Assembly: GCA_964397525.1 (NCBI GenBank) | Contig: CAYNIY010000003.1 | Coordinates: 5,180-69,179 of the forward strand | Direction: 5' to 3' | DNA length: 64,000 nt | Origin: an uncultured Eubacteriales bacterium | Lineage (GTDB): Bacteria; Bacillota; Desulfotomaculia; Desulfotomaculales; Pelotomaculaceae | Shown: piece after piece, positions 47,992-58,291 of the stretch | Layout of the letters: the number at the start of each line of letters is the position of its first letter | Position numbering within the stretch: position 1 is the stretch's first letter | Position numbers and translations under genes: made by a program | Notes under the pieces: generated by a model | The model's input: only the letters and a program-made list of their open reading frames with translations | Database searches by the model: none | Told to the model about the DNA's origin: nothing

Positions 47992-50379
47992 CTAATCCCT
48001 GGTCTTTAAAACCTCCACCAGATCCAGTGTTCTTATTCCTCTGACTGCCAGCCGGTAGGCGGCTGTGATGAATAAAATCCCTCCCAAAGCCGATAGGAAG
48101 TAAGTCATTGGGTAGATCACCACCCTGAAAGTATAGGTGCTGTAGACATCAGAAGTACTCATCATGGCCTGGATATAATACTCAGACAGAAAGCGGCCGA
48201 AAGGCAGGCCCAGGGCAACTCCTAAAAGTGCCTGCAGCAGGTTTTCTTTCAGCAGCAGGCCCGAAACCTCCTGGACGGTAAATCCCATTACCCGCAGGGC
48301 AGCCAGTTCTCTCTTTCGTTCAGCGAAACTGATGACCGAAGTGTTATAAACAATGGCAAAGCCCAGCAACATGGCAAAAGCAACCATAATGACAATGAAG
48401 ACGTACATGTATTCCAATTCTGAAGTAAAGCTCTCCATTTCTGCCCGGCGGCTGAGAATGGAAGAAACGCCGGTCATATCGTTTAATTCCGCTTCCACCA
48501 GCGAGGCTTGCCCCGAGTCAACTTTGAGCATGGCTCCGGAGATGAGCCGGTTTTCCTGCATGATCCGGTTGGCCTCTTCCAGGGTCAGGTAAGACATGCC
48601 GCCGATGAACTGCTGGTTGATGCCCATAATTTTCACTGTGCTGCGATGTGCGGGCCCCAGGGGGAGCAGGGTCTCCACCTCAATTTCATCCCCCACCTTC
48701 AACTGCAGTTTTCTGGCTGTGGAACTGCTGATCAGCAGGCCCGTATCCGGCAGCCGCAGGGGAGTGCCTATTTTGCTTGTTAATTTCTGCATGGCTGTGT
48801 CATGGGGCAGGCCGACTAGAAGTTCCTCCTGAGAACGGCCCGCGTAGTGTATTTTCACAGGTACCTCAAAAACTGGCTCAGCCTTTGTCACCCCATCGAG
48901 GCGGGTGATGCCCAGCAGGTCGGTTTCCTTTATCGGTTCAGTGAAACGGACGAAATAGTCATATTTTTGCGTGAAGAATTCAGCAATCATAACATCAACG
49001 GTGTCCTGGTAAAAAAATGCTACGATCAACATGCTGGTGGCGAAAATCACTCCCAGCAGGGTAATCGCGGAGCGGAGTCGGTTGCGTATGATAGTACGAA
49101 GACCCATCTTCCAGGTAGTATCCAGCCTGCGCCAAAACCATACCCAGCTCTCCAGGAAGATTTTGCCCGCCCCCCTGGGAGCCTCGGCCTGCATAGACTC
49201 TGCTGGCTGGATAGCCAGCACTCCGCGGGAAGCTGTTAAACCGGCAACGGCACCCACGCTGATACTCAGGGCAAACCCATAAAGCAGCGCCTGGCTGCTG
49301 ATCCCGCTGACAACCTGAGGCAGGTTAAAATAATAGGCATAAAGATTGGAAAGTGATGATGCCAGCAGAATCCCAGCCAGCGAACCCAACAGGGCTCCCA
49401 AAAAACCCACTAGTACAGCATAGCTGGTATAGTGCCACATTATTTGAAAGTTATTATAACCCATGGCTTTCATGGTCCCGATTTGGGAGCGCTGGGACTT
49501 AACCAGGCGTCCCAGCATCACAAACTCGATCAGGGCGGCGATGATCAGGAAGATGGAGGGCAGAAACCGGGACATGATCCGCAGCTGATCCATTTCTCCC
49601 GACATGACTGCATCGCTCAACTGTTGTTTGCGCGGGTAGCTGGCCAGCATGCCGTACGGCTCCAGGATGCCGTCGATTTGTTTTGCCACATTTTTTTCGT
49701 CGGCCCCGGGAGAAAGCTTGATGACTACTTGGTTTATCTGCCCGGACAGGTTCAGGATCTGCTGGACCTGGTTATGCGGCACCATGAAGATACCGAAATT
49801 TCCCGGCTCGGGGATCAGGCTGGCCTGGTCCTTCATCGGGTAAATGAATTCCGGTGCGGTAGCTGTTCCCACCACTGTCAGGGATACCTGCCTGCCCTCG
49901 GCAACAATAGTCACTGTATCGCCGGGTGACAGCTTATTGGCGGCAGCGTACTGGGGATCCAGCAGGACTTCCGCATCGCTGCCTTCGGGATACCTTTCAA
50001 AAAGACGGCCAGTCAGCAGGTGCAGGCGGTTAACTTCCGTATTCATGGGCAGGGGGTAGCTGGTCAGGCGGGCAGTAGCCCTTTCGCCGCCCACCCCGAT
50101 CACAGGCACATCTTTCTGGATGCGACCGGTGGCCCGGGCTACCCCGGGAACCGACTCAATCCGTTTGATCACACCTTCGGGCGCCTTGATCACATGGAAA
50201 TAGTAATCAGCGAAATTATTTTCCCGGTAAAAGATGTCTTTGGAATGAATCATATTGTAGGACACGGTACCCATACTAATATAGACCGTGATGCCTACTA
50301 TCACAACCGCTGTTACTGCCAGGAACTGTCCGCGGGTGGTTTTAATAGTCCGCCACAACTTTTTGGCCAGGATGAACAT
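47992..50379 (-). CDS. ABC exporter permease (two FtsX/MacB-type domains)
   Basis: IGTMKAMGY and ERKRELAALRVMGF; start coupled to the ATPase stop by TAATG. Confidence 0.9.
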   Translation of the reverse strand: MFILAKKLWRTIKTTRGQFLAVTAVVIVGITVYISMGTVSYNMIHSKDIFYRENNFADYYFHVIKAPEGVIKRIESVPGVARATGRIQKDVPVIGVGGERATARLTSYPLPMNTEVNRLHLLTGRLFERYPEGSDAEVLLDPQYAAANKLSPGDTVTIVAEGRQVSLTVVGTATAPEFIYPMKDQASLIPEPGNFGIFMVPHNQVQQILNLSGQINQVVIKLSPGADEKNVAKQIDGILEPYGMLASYPRKQQLSDAVMSGEMDQLRIMSRFLPSIFLIIAALIEFVMLGRLVKSQRSQIGTMKAMGYNNFQIMWHYTSYAVLVGFLGALLGSLAGILLASSLSNLYAYYFNLPQVVSGISSQALLYGFALSISVGAVAGLTASRGVLAIQPAESMQAEAPRGAGKIFLESWVWFWRRLDTTWKMGLRTIIRNRLRSAITLLGVIFATSMLIVAFFYQDTVDVMIAEFFTQKYDYFVRFTEPIKETDLLGITRLDGVTKAEPVFEVPVKIHYAGRSQEELLVGLPHDTAMQKLTSKIGTPLRLPDTGLLISSSTARKLQLKVGDEIEVETLLPLGPAHRSTVKIMGINQQFIGGMSYLTLEEANRIMQENRLISGAMLKVDSGQASLVEAELNDMTGVSSILSRRAEMESFTSELEYMYVFIVIMVAFAMLLGFAIVYNTSVISFAERKRELAALRVMGFTVQEVSGLLLKENLLQALLGVALGLPFGRFLSEYYIQAMMSTSDVYSTYTFRVVIYPMTYFLSALGGILFITAAYRLAVRGIRTLDLVEVLKTRD

Positions 50380-51089
50380 TACCACTCAATCCTTTCCGGC
50401 GGCAGCGGGGTCTCGTTCTCAACGATTTCCACGATCCGGCCGCTGCTCATGCGCAGCACCCGCTGTGCCATGGCACCAATAGCGGCGTTGTGGGTGACGA
50501 TAACGACAGTGCTTCCGTGCTCTTTGCTGACATGGAGCAGCATGGCGAGAATCAGTCTGCCGGTCTGGGAGTCCAGGGATCCCGTAGGCTCATCACACAG
50601 CAGCAGGCGGGGATTTTTGCCCACTGCCCGGGCGATAGAGACGCGCTGCTGTTCACCCCCACTCAACTGGGCTGGGAAGTGGTCCATGCGAGATGCCATG
50701 CCCACCTCCTGCAGGACTTCAGCTGTAGGCAGGGGATTGTCCACCAGATTGGCCGCCAGTTCCACGTTTTCCCTGGCGGTCAGGTCGGGAATCAGGTTGT
50801 AAAATTGAAAAACAAAGCCCACCGCGCTGCGGCGGTAATGGGTTAGCCGCGCCTCACTGGCCTTGCTCAGGTTTTCTTTGCCAAAATAAACTTCACCGCT
50901 GCTCGGCAGGTCCATGCCGCCCATAATATTTAGCAGTGTGCTTTTGCCGGAACCGCTAGGCCCTAAAATAACCAGCAGCTCACCTTCAAAGATATCAAGG
51001 GAAGTTTCTTTCAGCGCTTCAACTGTTACTTCACCCATTATGTAGGTTTTAGTGATCTTATCTAATTTCATCAGTACATTTTTACTCAT
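50379..51089 (-). CDS. ABC transporter ATP-binding protein (LolD/MacB-like)
   Basis: GPSGSGKST, LSGGEQQRV, LCDEPTG, VTHN. Confidence 0.95.
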   Translation of the reverse strand: MSKNVLMKLDKITKTYIMGEVTVEALKETSLDIFEGELLVILGPSGSGKSTLLNIMGGMDLPSSGEVYFGKENLSKASEARLTHYRRSAVGFVFQFYNLIPDLTARENVELAANLVDNPLPTAEVLQEVGMASRMDHFPAQLSGGEQQRVSIARAVGKNPRLLLCDEPTGSLDSQTGRLILAMLLHVSKEHGSTVVIVTHNAAIGAMAQRVLRMSSGRIVEIVENETPLPPERIEW

Positions 51090-51202
51090 TTTTTTCAGCC
51101 TTTGAGTTATTCTCTGGAAATATTATATATTTGCGCCATTATATAATTCCTGAGGAGCAATTACAATCAGCTGTAATCAATTGTATAAGGGTGATGCTGT
51201 GA

Positions 51203-53197
51203 TCAGGTTCGCTGTACTGAAAGCCTGCTGTCCAGCGCCAGGTGCGCAAGTACAAACATGGCATGGGACCAGTTCAAGGGCATTACCCAGGCAGGGCCGC
51301 CCGTGTGTTTGTCCGCCTGTTCCGGTAGGAGCAGGTGTTGGTTGGCCTGTGCCAGGGACCACTGGTACAGTTCTTCCGCCCGGCAGCGGTTTCCAGCCAG
51401 GCAGTGATATAAAGACAGCCAGAGGGTTGTAATCAGCCAGGGATTGCCGCCCCGGTAAGTATCGCCTTCGTAACGGTGGATGCCACCGGTATTATGATTC
51501 CAGAGGTTTTGTTCGATGGCCCGCGCCGTAGCCGCCATTTTTTTGTCATTTGGCGACAGGACAGCGAAGGGATAGAACAGGCCCAGTAGGGCAGCGTCAA
51601 TCCGCGCATCTTTTTCTGCCCAGTGATGCTGGTAAAGCCCGGTGTGATCTTTAGTGGTATAAACTTTACCTCTGCCGTCCAGTTCAGCATTGCGGGAGTT
51701 ATCCTGTATCATGTGGTTCACTCCGCGCACAAAAGAGCTGCGGCGATCAGACCACTGGTGTTTCAAGATGCCTTCTTTTACCTTTGCGGAAGAGGCAAGC
51801 CACTGCCTTGACGTTTCTTTTTTCCCGCACACGCCGGCGATGTCCGAGGCAGCCATTAGGCCGGCGCTGACTGCTGCGGCAGAGTATGTCCCCTGGCTGT
51901 AAGTATCTTCCCAGGGATCGATGCTGACTGTCGGCAGGCCGTTAGCCTGGATGCTGTTTGAGAGGTAATCCGCTCCGGCTGCCAGCGAAGGCCAGATGTC
52001 TTGCAGAAAGCGGTCATCGCCGGTAACATTGTAGTGGTGTTTGTAACCCCACAGCACCGAGCCGGCCTGGTCAATTTGCCTGCCCCAGAACGGCGCCACC
52101 GAGCCATCGGTAAAATAACGCTGGTGCCAGCTGCCGTCCCGGTCCTGAACACTCTTGGCAAAATAGTAGAAATTGGCGGCTGGCTCGTGATAACCTGCCT
52201 CGTCAAGGGCTGCTGCGATGTAAACTGCATCACGCGGCCAGCAATAGCCATAACCGCCGCAAGACGTATGGTGAGGGTCAAATTCAGGCGCCGCGATGGG
52301 GGCGCCGGTTTCTTTATTCAGCATTAGTTTTATTGCCAGGAGTGATCTATTAAACGCGCCGGCCCTGTGTTCTGTTTTCTGATGCAGCACCGGCTTTAGC
52401 CAGCCATGCCAGTACTGCCTTGTTTCTTCTAGCCAACAGCCGCCTTCCCGTGAGCGGGCCTCTGACAGCAGGGCTCGCACCTGTTCCTCATTATTACCTG
52501 CCGCAAGGTAAAGGGTGATGGTTTTATGTTCCCGTGGTTTCAGCTCACCCAGGTCCCAGGACAGGCTGCCTGTGTTTTGCAGGATATGATCACGGTTGCC
52601 CCGGAGCAAACCTTTTGCTGCATCATGGTATGGATCTGTGTCAGTGCCGCGTCTGCCGCACTGGTATCCGGATAGCGGGTAGCCGGATCCACCCAGCGCG
52701 AGGTATGTGTTTCTTCGGAAAAAGACAAGTGATTCATTGGTGTAATCTACGTAGGCGCTGTCCTGAGCGGCAGACTCTTCTATGTTAAAGTTGCAGTAAA
52801 CGAAAAAAGCAATGCTTTTTTTTTCGCCCTCATTACAGAACTTGAAATTTCTGACCAGAATATCATGATCAGGGATGACAAAATCGCTCTGAATCACATT
52901 CAGGTGATGTTCAGCTCTGGAAAGAGCAGTCTCTAAAATATTTGTGTTGTCCAGGTAGCGCTGTGAAGATTTCCAGAAGTTTAAATGGAACCATTTAGTG
53001 CGTGTCTGCCTGCCGGGCATAGTAACCCTGATGCCGGGCCAAAACCTGCCCAGATGCTGGCCGTAATCAACATTGGGCCAAAAAAGCCTGAACAGTTCGC
53101 CATTTTCCCTGTGACAGGCCAGCATCCTGCAATTTCCAATTATTGCCGTGGGCATTTCAATTGGGGTCTTTACGTTTCTGATTTTCTCCACCGCCAT
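51203..53197 (-). CDS. glycoside hydrolase family 15 (glucoamylase-like)
   Basis: AAPEFD, YCWPRDAV, QIDQAG, DPWED (acid), LPEQ (base), PLNWSHAMF. Confidence 0.9.
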   Translation of the reverse strand: MAVEKIRNVKTPIEMPTAIIGNCRMLACHRENGELFRLFWPNVDYGQHLGRFWPGIRVTMPGRQTRTKWFHLNFWKSSQRYLDNTNILETALSRAEHHLNVIQSDFVIPDHDILVRNFKFCNEGEKKSIAFFVYCNFNIEESAAQDSAYVDYTNESLVFFRRNTYLALGGSGYPLSGYQCGRRGTDTDPYHDAAKGLLRGNRDHILQNTGSLSWDLGELKPREHKTITLYLAAGNNEEQVRALLSEARSREGGCWLEETRQYWHGWLKPVLHQKTEHRAGAFNRSLLAIKLMLNKETGAPIAAPEFDPHHTSCGGYGYCWPRDAVYIAAALDEAGYHEPAANFYYFAKSVQDRDGSWHQRYFTDGSVAPFWGRQIDQAGSVLWGYKHHYNVTGDDRFLQDIWPSLAAGADYLSNSIQANGLPTVSIDPWEDTYSQGTYSAAAVSAGLMAASDIAGVCGKKETSRQWLASSAKVKEGILKHQWSDRRSSFVRGVNHMIQDNSRNAELDGRGKVYTTKDHTGLYQHHWAEKDARIDAALLGLFYPFAVLSPNDKKMAATARAIEQNLWNHNTGGIHRYEGDTYRGGNPWLITTLWLSLYHCLAGNRCRAEELYQWSLAQANQHLLLPEQADKHTGGPAWVMPLNWSHAMFVLAHLALDSRLSVQRT

Positions 53198-53208
53198 TTA
53201 ACAGGTTA

Positions 53209-54003
53209 TCATCTTTGAAGCAGTATTTTTATTAGTTCTTCGTGGACCCAGCCGTTGCTGGCTGTGATGGAAAGGTAGCTGGTGAGGGTGAGCTTTTTGC
53301 CCTGGATGTCTGAGACCTTTCCGCCGGCTTCTGCCACCAGCAGCGAACCAGCAGCAACGTCCCAGGGCATCAGGGTATGCTCCCAGAAACCGGTAAGCCT
53401 GCCACAGGCTATGTAGGCCAGTTCCAGGGCAGCAGAACCCAGAGCCCTCAGATTGGAGCAGCTTCCGGCTATCTTCGGGTAGTCAATATTGCGAAGCCGC
53501 TCATTAAACTTCTTGTTCTCGGGATAGCCTGTAACCAGGAGCGCCTCCCGGAGGGTTTTTCTTGAGCAATCAACCCTGACTGGCCTGCTGTTTAAAAAAG
53601 TGCCGCAGCCTGCAGCTGCGGTGAAGCATTCATTGCGAAAAGGGTCATATACAACACCGGCCACCATTTTACCACTGCTGGCCAGGCCTATCGAAACACA
53701 GCAGAAGGGGATACCGTAAACAAAGTTGGTAGTGCCGTCCAGCGGATCTACATACCAGGTATAGCCTTCAGGCATGGCATTTACCATACCGGTGGTTTCC
53801 TCGCCGATGACCGTATGGTCGGGAAATTTCTCGAGCAAACCGCCGGTAATCAGGGCTTCAGATCTGCGGTCCACCTCGGTCACCAGGTCCGAGGGGCAAG
53901 ACTTGTATCCTCTTTCAAAGTTTCCACCGAAATTGTCCCTGATTATTTCACCAGCTTGCCTGGCCAGGGCGGCGGCAGCTTCAAGATATACAGTGTGTGC
54001 CAT
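53209..54003 (-). CDS. inositol monophosphatase family protein
   Basis: LVTEVD, GEE, WYVDPLDGTTNF, GSAALELAY, WDVAAG. Confidence 0.93.
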   Translation of the reverse strand: MAHTVYLEAAAALARQAGEIIRDNFGGNFERGYKSCPSDLVTEVDRRSEALITGGLLEKFPDHTVIGEETTGMVNAMPEGYTWYVDPLDGTTNFVYGIPFCCVSIGLASSGKMVAGVVYDPFRNECFTAAAGCGTFLNSRPVRVDCSRKTLREALLVTGYPENKKFNERLRNIDYPKIAGSCSNLRALGSAALELAYIACGRLTGFWEHTLMPWDVAAGSLLVAEAGGKVSDIQGKKLTLTSYLSITASNGWVHEELIKILLQR

Positions 54004-54065
54004 TTACTCTCCTTACGGCTGTAAATATATTTGAAAAATATCATATCTGATATAAGCAAATGCTT

Positions 54066-55094
54066 TTATGTGCTGAGCCATTTATCATGGTACTGCAGCA
54101 GCCTGGCGCAGGTTATTATAAAGAAGGCAGCTTCAGCACAGTACCATTTGCCGGAAACTTTATCTATATATGCTTCCTGGGCACAGCGGACCTTTTCATA
54201 GGCCCTGTTGTAATCTCCGTGCAGGCAGGCATAAAGGCCAAGGAGCATCCAGGGATAATGGGGAGGCACGAGGTTCGGCCAATTTGGCTGAGCGTCATTA
54301 AAAAGCTTATAAAGACCGGCGCCTCTGTCCCTGCCGGCTTCAATTAAACCGCAAAGCACCGGAAATACCTGGCAGGCTGCGTCAGGATAAAATTTATTTA
54401 AATTGGTGCCCCGGCTAAGCCAGCCGATTTTACTGGCATAATAGCATGATTTGCGATTGTTCCAGAGTTGCCTCTCGATGCCATCGGCTATTTTCTCCGC
54501 CATAGAACCGAAAAAGGAAGCCTCATAGTCACCCAAACCATGCAGCAGCTCTGCAAAGTACGCCAGCCCCCAGTAAGCCTCGCAGTTGTCCATTAAATAC
54601 TTCACCTTGTACCCGTTCAAGGCAAAGGTCAGGCCGTCGCGGTCCATTAAATTTATGATCGATGCGGCTACTTTTTTTAAGGATAGCAAGCTTTTTTTGA
54701 TCCAGCTGGCCTGTCCGGCCTTTTTATGATAAAGGCAGGCTAAAGCAAGGAATGTACCCGCGTAGGCATCCTCAGAATCCGGGCGAGCTGTCTTGAAATT
54801 CAGATTACTGCCGTAAATGTAATCTAGGATGGTTCCGTCATCTTCGAGGCTGCGCAGGTACCAGTCAAGGTAGCGCTCCACCAGGGGGTAGCAGGAAGGC
54901 TCTTCAAGCATTGCAATTGCGGCATAATTTGAAAAATAAGGCATTACCCCGGACTGGTCCGGGTACCTGGCAATAGCACCGTCAGCTGCGTGTCCAGGTT
55001 GGAGGATCTGGCAGCTTTTAAGCCAGTATATTTGGGCAGCGGCACCGCTGCTGAGGTAGTTGATTATTTCAGGCGACTGGTTTTGATATTTCAT
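54066..55094 (-). CDS. hypothetical protein, probable six-hairpin glycosidase-like fold
   Basis: Helical Trp/Tyr-rich pattern; DSEDAYAGTF, KYLMDNCEAYWGL; fold is inferred. Confidence 0.6.
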   Translation of the reverse strand: MKYQNQSPEIINYLSSGAAAQIYWLKSCQILQPGHAADGAIARYPDQSGVMPYFSNYAAIAMLEEPSCYPLVERYLDWYLRSLEDDGTILDYIYGSNLNFKTARPDSEDAYAGTFLALACLYHKKAGQASWIKKSLLSLKKVAASIINLMDRDGLTFALNGYKVKYLMDNCEAYWGLAYFAELLHGLGDYEASFFGSMAEKIADGIERQLWNNRKSCYYASKIGWLSRGTNLNKFYPDAACQVFPVLCGLIEAGRDRGAGLYKLFNDAQPNWPNLVPPHYPWMLLGLYACLHGDYNRAYEKVRCAQEAYIDKVSGKWYCAEAAFFIITCARLLQYHDKWLST

Positions 55095-55149
55095 GAAAGT
55101 CCCTCATTATTATTTCCCCTTTGGGATGTCACCAACAGGTGAGGAGAGG

Positions 55150-56532
55150 TTAATACTCCCACTCAAACTTTTCAATTACTGGGAACCGGCCCAGGGCTTC
55201 CTTCATTATTTCGCAAATCCTAGTTAATCCTGCCGGTGTCTTTGCCTCACAGCGGGCGACTAAAACCGGCTGGGTATTGGATGCCCTGACCAGTCCCCAG
55301 CCGTCCTCGAAGAGCACCCGCAGCCCATCCACATCGATTACGTCGTATTTTTCCTTAAATAATGCTACCAGTTTTTCTACTACCTTGAATTTTTCCTGAT
55401 CGAGGCAGGGTACCCTGGTTTCTGCCGTTGAATAATACTTAGGTATGCCGGCCAGCATTTTTGACAGGGGTTCGTCTGAGCGGGAAAGTATTCTCAGCAG
55501 GCGGCCAGCAGCATAAAAAGCATCATCATAGCCAAAATATTCGTCGGCAAAGAACATATGACCAGACATTTCTCCGGTAAAAACAGCCCCGATTTCTTTC
55601 ATCTTTGCTTTGATTAGTGAATGGCCTGTTTTGTAGAAGAACGGTTTGCCTCCCAGGCGGACAACCTCATCAACCAGCGCCTGAGAACATTTGACCTCGA
55701 TAATCGCATTGGATCCGGGATGTGCTGCCATGATTTCCCGCCAGTACAGGCACATCAAAAGATCACCCCAAATGATACCGCCGGTGTCATCAACTACGCC
55801 GATCCTGTCGGCATCGCCGTCAAAGGCGATACCCAGGTCTGCTCTATTTTCAACAACAGCAGTCCTCAGTTCAGTAAGATTAACAGTTTTGACTGGATCC
55901 GGCTGGTGATTTGGGAATGAGCCGTCAGATTCACAGTAAAGGGGTATAACTTCACAGCCCCAGTTCTCCAGGATCTGCACAGCAGCAATAGAGGCTGTGC
56001 CGTTGCCGCAATCCACCGCAACCTTTAATTTGCGCGGGCCAAGTACAATTTTTTCCTTGAGCATTTCGTAGTAAGGCGGCAACGCATCGAGCTCTGATTG
56101 GCTGCCCGGGGCAGAAGGGAAAACACCGGCAATCATTTGTTCCTTAAGTTTTTGAATGTCCTCGCCATAAATTGTGCCACTGCCAAGGGCCAGCTTAAAA
56201 CCATTTTCGTCAGGTGGATTATGGCTGCCGGTTACCATTATTCCGCCATCTATGCCATAATGTATCCGGGCGTAATACAATGCAGGCGTAACTACCAGCC
56301 CGATATCGACAACATCACAGCCAACGGATATGAGGCCCCTGATGATAGCGTCGCGCAGCCGGCTTGAACTGAGGCGGTTATCCCTGCCAACCAATACCTT
56401 TTTGCTGCCGGAGGTTTTTACATAGGTGCCAAAAGCTTTTCCCAGCAGCTCGGTTGTTTCATCTGTCAAATCCCGCTGGGCTACCCCGCGAACATCATAC
56501 TGCCGGAAGATTTGCGGATTAATTTTTGCCAA
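55150..56532 (-). CDS. phosphomannomutase/phosphoglucomutase
   Basis: VTGSHNP (phospho-Ser), FDGDADR, GEMSGH, VRASNT. Confidence 0.95.
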   Translation of the reverse strand: MAKINPQIFRQYDVRGVAQRDLTDETTELLGKAFGTYVKTSGSKKVLVGRDNRLSSSRLRDAIIRGLISVGCDVVDIGLVVTPALYYARIHYGIDGGIMVTGSHNPPDENGFKLALGSGTIYGEDIQKLKEQMIAGVFPSAPGSQSELDALPPYYEMLKEKIVLGPRKLKVAVDCGNGTASIAAVQILENWGCEVIPLYCESDGSFPNHQPDPVKTVNLTELRTAVVENRADLGIAFDGDADRIGVVDDTGGIIWGDLLMCLYWREIMAAHPGSNAIIEVKCSQALVDEVVRLGGKPFFYKTGHSLIKAKMKEIGAVFTGEMSGHMFFADEYFGYDDAFYAAGRLLRILSRSDEPLSKMLAGIPKYYSTAETRVPCLDQEKFKVVEKLVALFKEKYDVIDVDGLRVLFEDGWGLVRASNTQPVLVARCEAKTPAGLTRICEIMKEALGRFPVIEKFEWEY

Positions 56533-56827
56533 TACTGTCAGCCTCCTTTATATTTTGTTGGTTAAAAACAAGATTTCAAACCATTATCATTCAGATGCCG
56601 CATTGTGTTTTTGAATTCTTTGAATTATAACAAAAAAATCTCTCTTCCAATCAGGATAATTATACCATATCAAATTTGTTCATGAATGAAAAAATGCTTT
56701 CACGTTGTGTTATATATAATTGTAGTTTATAATTTATGTTGTAAAGTTATTAATTAGGCATTAAATTGCTTTTATTCCCACATAGCAATAAATCCAAGTG
56801 AATTAGACAAAAAAAGGGGAATGTCCG

Positions 56828-57136
56828 GTGAACAACCCTCGGTTGCTTCTGATTTTATTTGCAGTAGCCTTTCTTATTATTCAGGTCATAGGCTTTATGA
56901 GCGGTATATCGAGACATGAGGAAAGAATGGCAAAACTTGAAAAACAGCTGGTGCAGTTTGAGACAAAAGGCACTTACATAGACTTAAAATCCGATCCCGC
57001 GGTGCAGTTAAAAGAAGAAAAAGCAAGATTTAAAACCGAGACATTAGGTTTTGTAGTCAGGGTTCTGGTTATATCGGGGGCAACAGCTTTTGTTTATGCC
57101 ATGATGAAGGATGACAAGGGACAAAAAAGCGGCTAG
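56828..57136 (+). CDS. small 2-TM hypothetical protein
   Basis: Two hydrophobic segments around a coiled coil; GGGGA RBS. Confidence 0.65.
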   Translation: MNNPRLLLILFAVAFLIIQVIGFMSGISRHEERMAKLEKQLVQFETKGTYIDLKSDPAVQLKEEKARFKTETLGFVVRVLVISGATAFVYAMMKDDKGQKSG

Positions 57137-57270
57137 GCACGCCGCGCCGTGTATTTTTTATGCCAGCATGATTTAAAGAGCGATATCATTTAGGGGCTGT
57201 CCTGTTACTACGAGGATAGCCCCTGCCAGTCTAGGACAGCGATATTAGACAGAACAACTTTTTAGGGTGA

Positions 57271-58122
57271 TTGAAGATGAGCTTGAATGGAATATACATG
57301 TCAACAGCTGAAGTAAGTGATGCCCTGGGGATCACCCCGTCTTCAGTCCACAGGCTGGTACAGGAAGGACTCCTGGAGGTGAAGGAATCAAAGCAGTATA
57401 AATCAGGAATAGAAGCTTATTTCGACTGCAGCGAAATAAACAAACTTTTACTTATGATGCCTGCGCTGCGAAGAAAATGGCAGCAGGCCGAAGACAGCCG
57501 TCTTGGAGCAATGAAGGCTGCATTTAGACGAGCGGACGCAGCAGAAAAGGCTGTACGGCACACCATCATAAAAAAGAACTTCCTGCTCTCCCTGGAGAAT
57601 TTTCCTGAAAGGGCAGCAGCTCTTTTACGGGCTTCGTTTTTTCTGTATCACCTGAATCATTATGCCAAGGGCGGCGAAGAATACCTGTATGATTTAAAAG
57701 AAAAAATTTTAAAGCGATTCCAGTCAGACTTTTCAGCGGAGGACGGTTTGGAAGTTTTCTTTGTTGAAGGTGAACAAAAAGTAATCTTGTGTACCGCCTG
57801 CCGCTTGAAGGCTCAAAGTATGGAATTGGACTATATAAAGTACAAAACAAATTTCGGAGGCTGTCCGCAGTGCAGGAAGGAAGAAGACTACTACAGCTTG
57901 TTTGAATTTAGGGTGGAATATGGGGAGCACCGTTTTTGTTTTCACACCCCTTACAGCATAGCCAGAAAGTGGTTTGAAAACATTGATGAACTGCTTAAAA
58001 AAGCGAGTGAGAAGAGGAAAGAGGAGGCACTGCCTTTCGGCAGGCCGATTTCCGAGGCTGAGGCCCGGGCAGTCACTCTGAAAGAAGTGATCTCCGAACT
58101 GAAATCATATTTGGGAGAATGA
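57271..58122 (+). CDS. MerR/excisionase-type HTH fused to a YkyB-like domain with CxxC pairs
   Basis: STAEVSDALGITPSSVHRLVQEGLL; FLYHLNHYAK...YLYDLKEKIL...FCFHTP; CTAC and CPQC. Confidence 0.7.
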   Translation: MKMSLNGIYMSTAEVSDALGITPSSVHRLVQEGLLEVKESKQYKSGIEAYFDCSEINKLLLMMPALRRKWQQAEDSRLGAMKAAFRRADAAEKAVRHTIIKKNFLLSLENFPERAAALLRASFFLYHLNHYAKGGEEYLYDLKEKILKRFQSDFSAEDGLEVFFVEGEQKVILCTACRLKAQSMELDYIKYKTNFGGCPQCRKEEDYYSLFEFRVEYGEHRFCFHTPYSIARKWFENIDELLKKASEKRKEEALPFGRPISEAEARAVTLKEVISELKSYLGE

Positions 58123-58291
58123 AGCTGCGAGACGATGCTGGTAATGTCAGCAATCAGCTTCGTGAGTTGGTTCATGATCCGCCTGTAGCGGCCAAACCGT
58201 CTGATGTTGGCTGTTCCCCCCGCTTCCTTAAGGGCACTGAACATCTTTTACATTTCTCCAACCAGGGAGTGTTCCCTTTAAAGGAAATAGT

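Noticed and set aside
57951-58244. 97-aa minus-strand ORF downstream of the helicase
   Set aside because: More than half overlaps the HTH-YkyB-like gene antisense; no motif; kept only as an alternative to the 58-codon ORF
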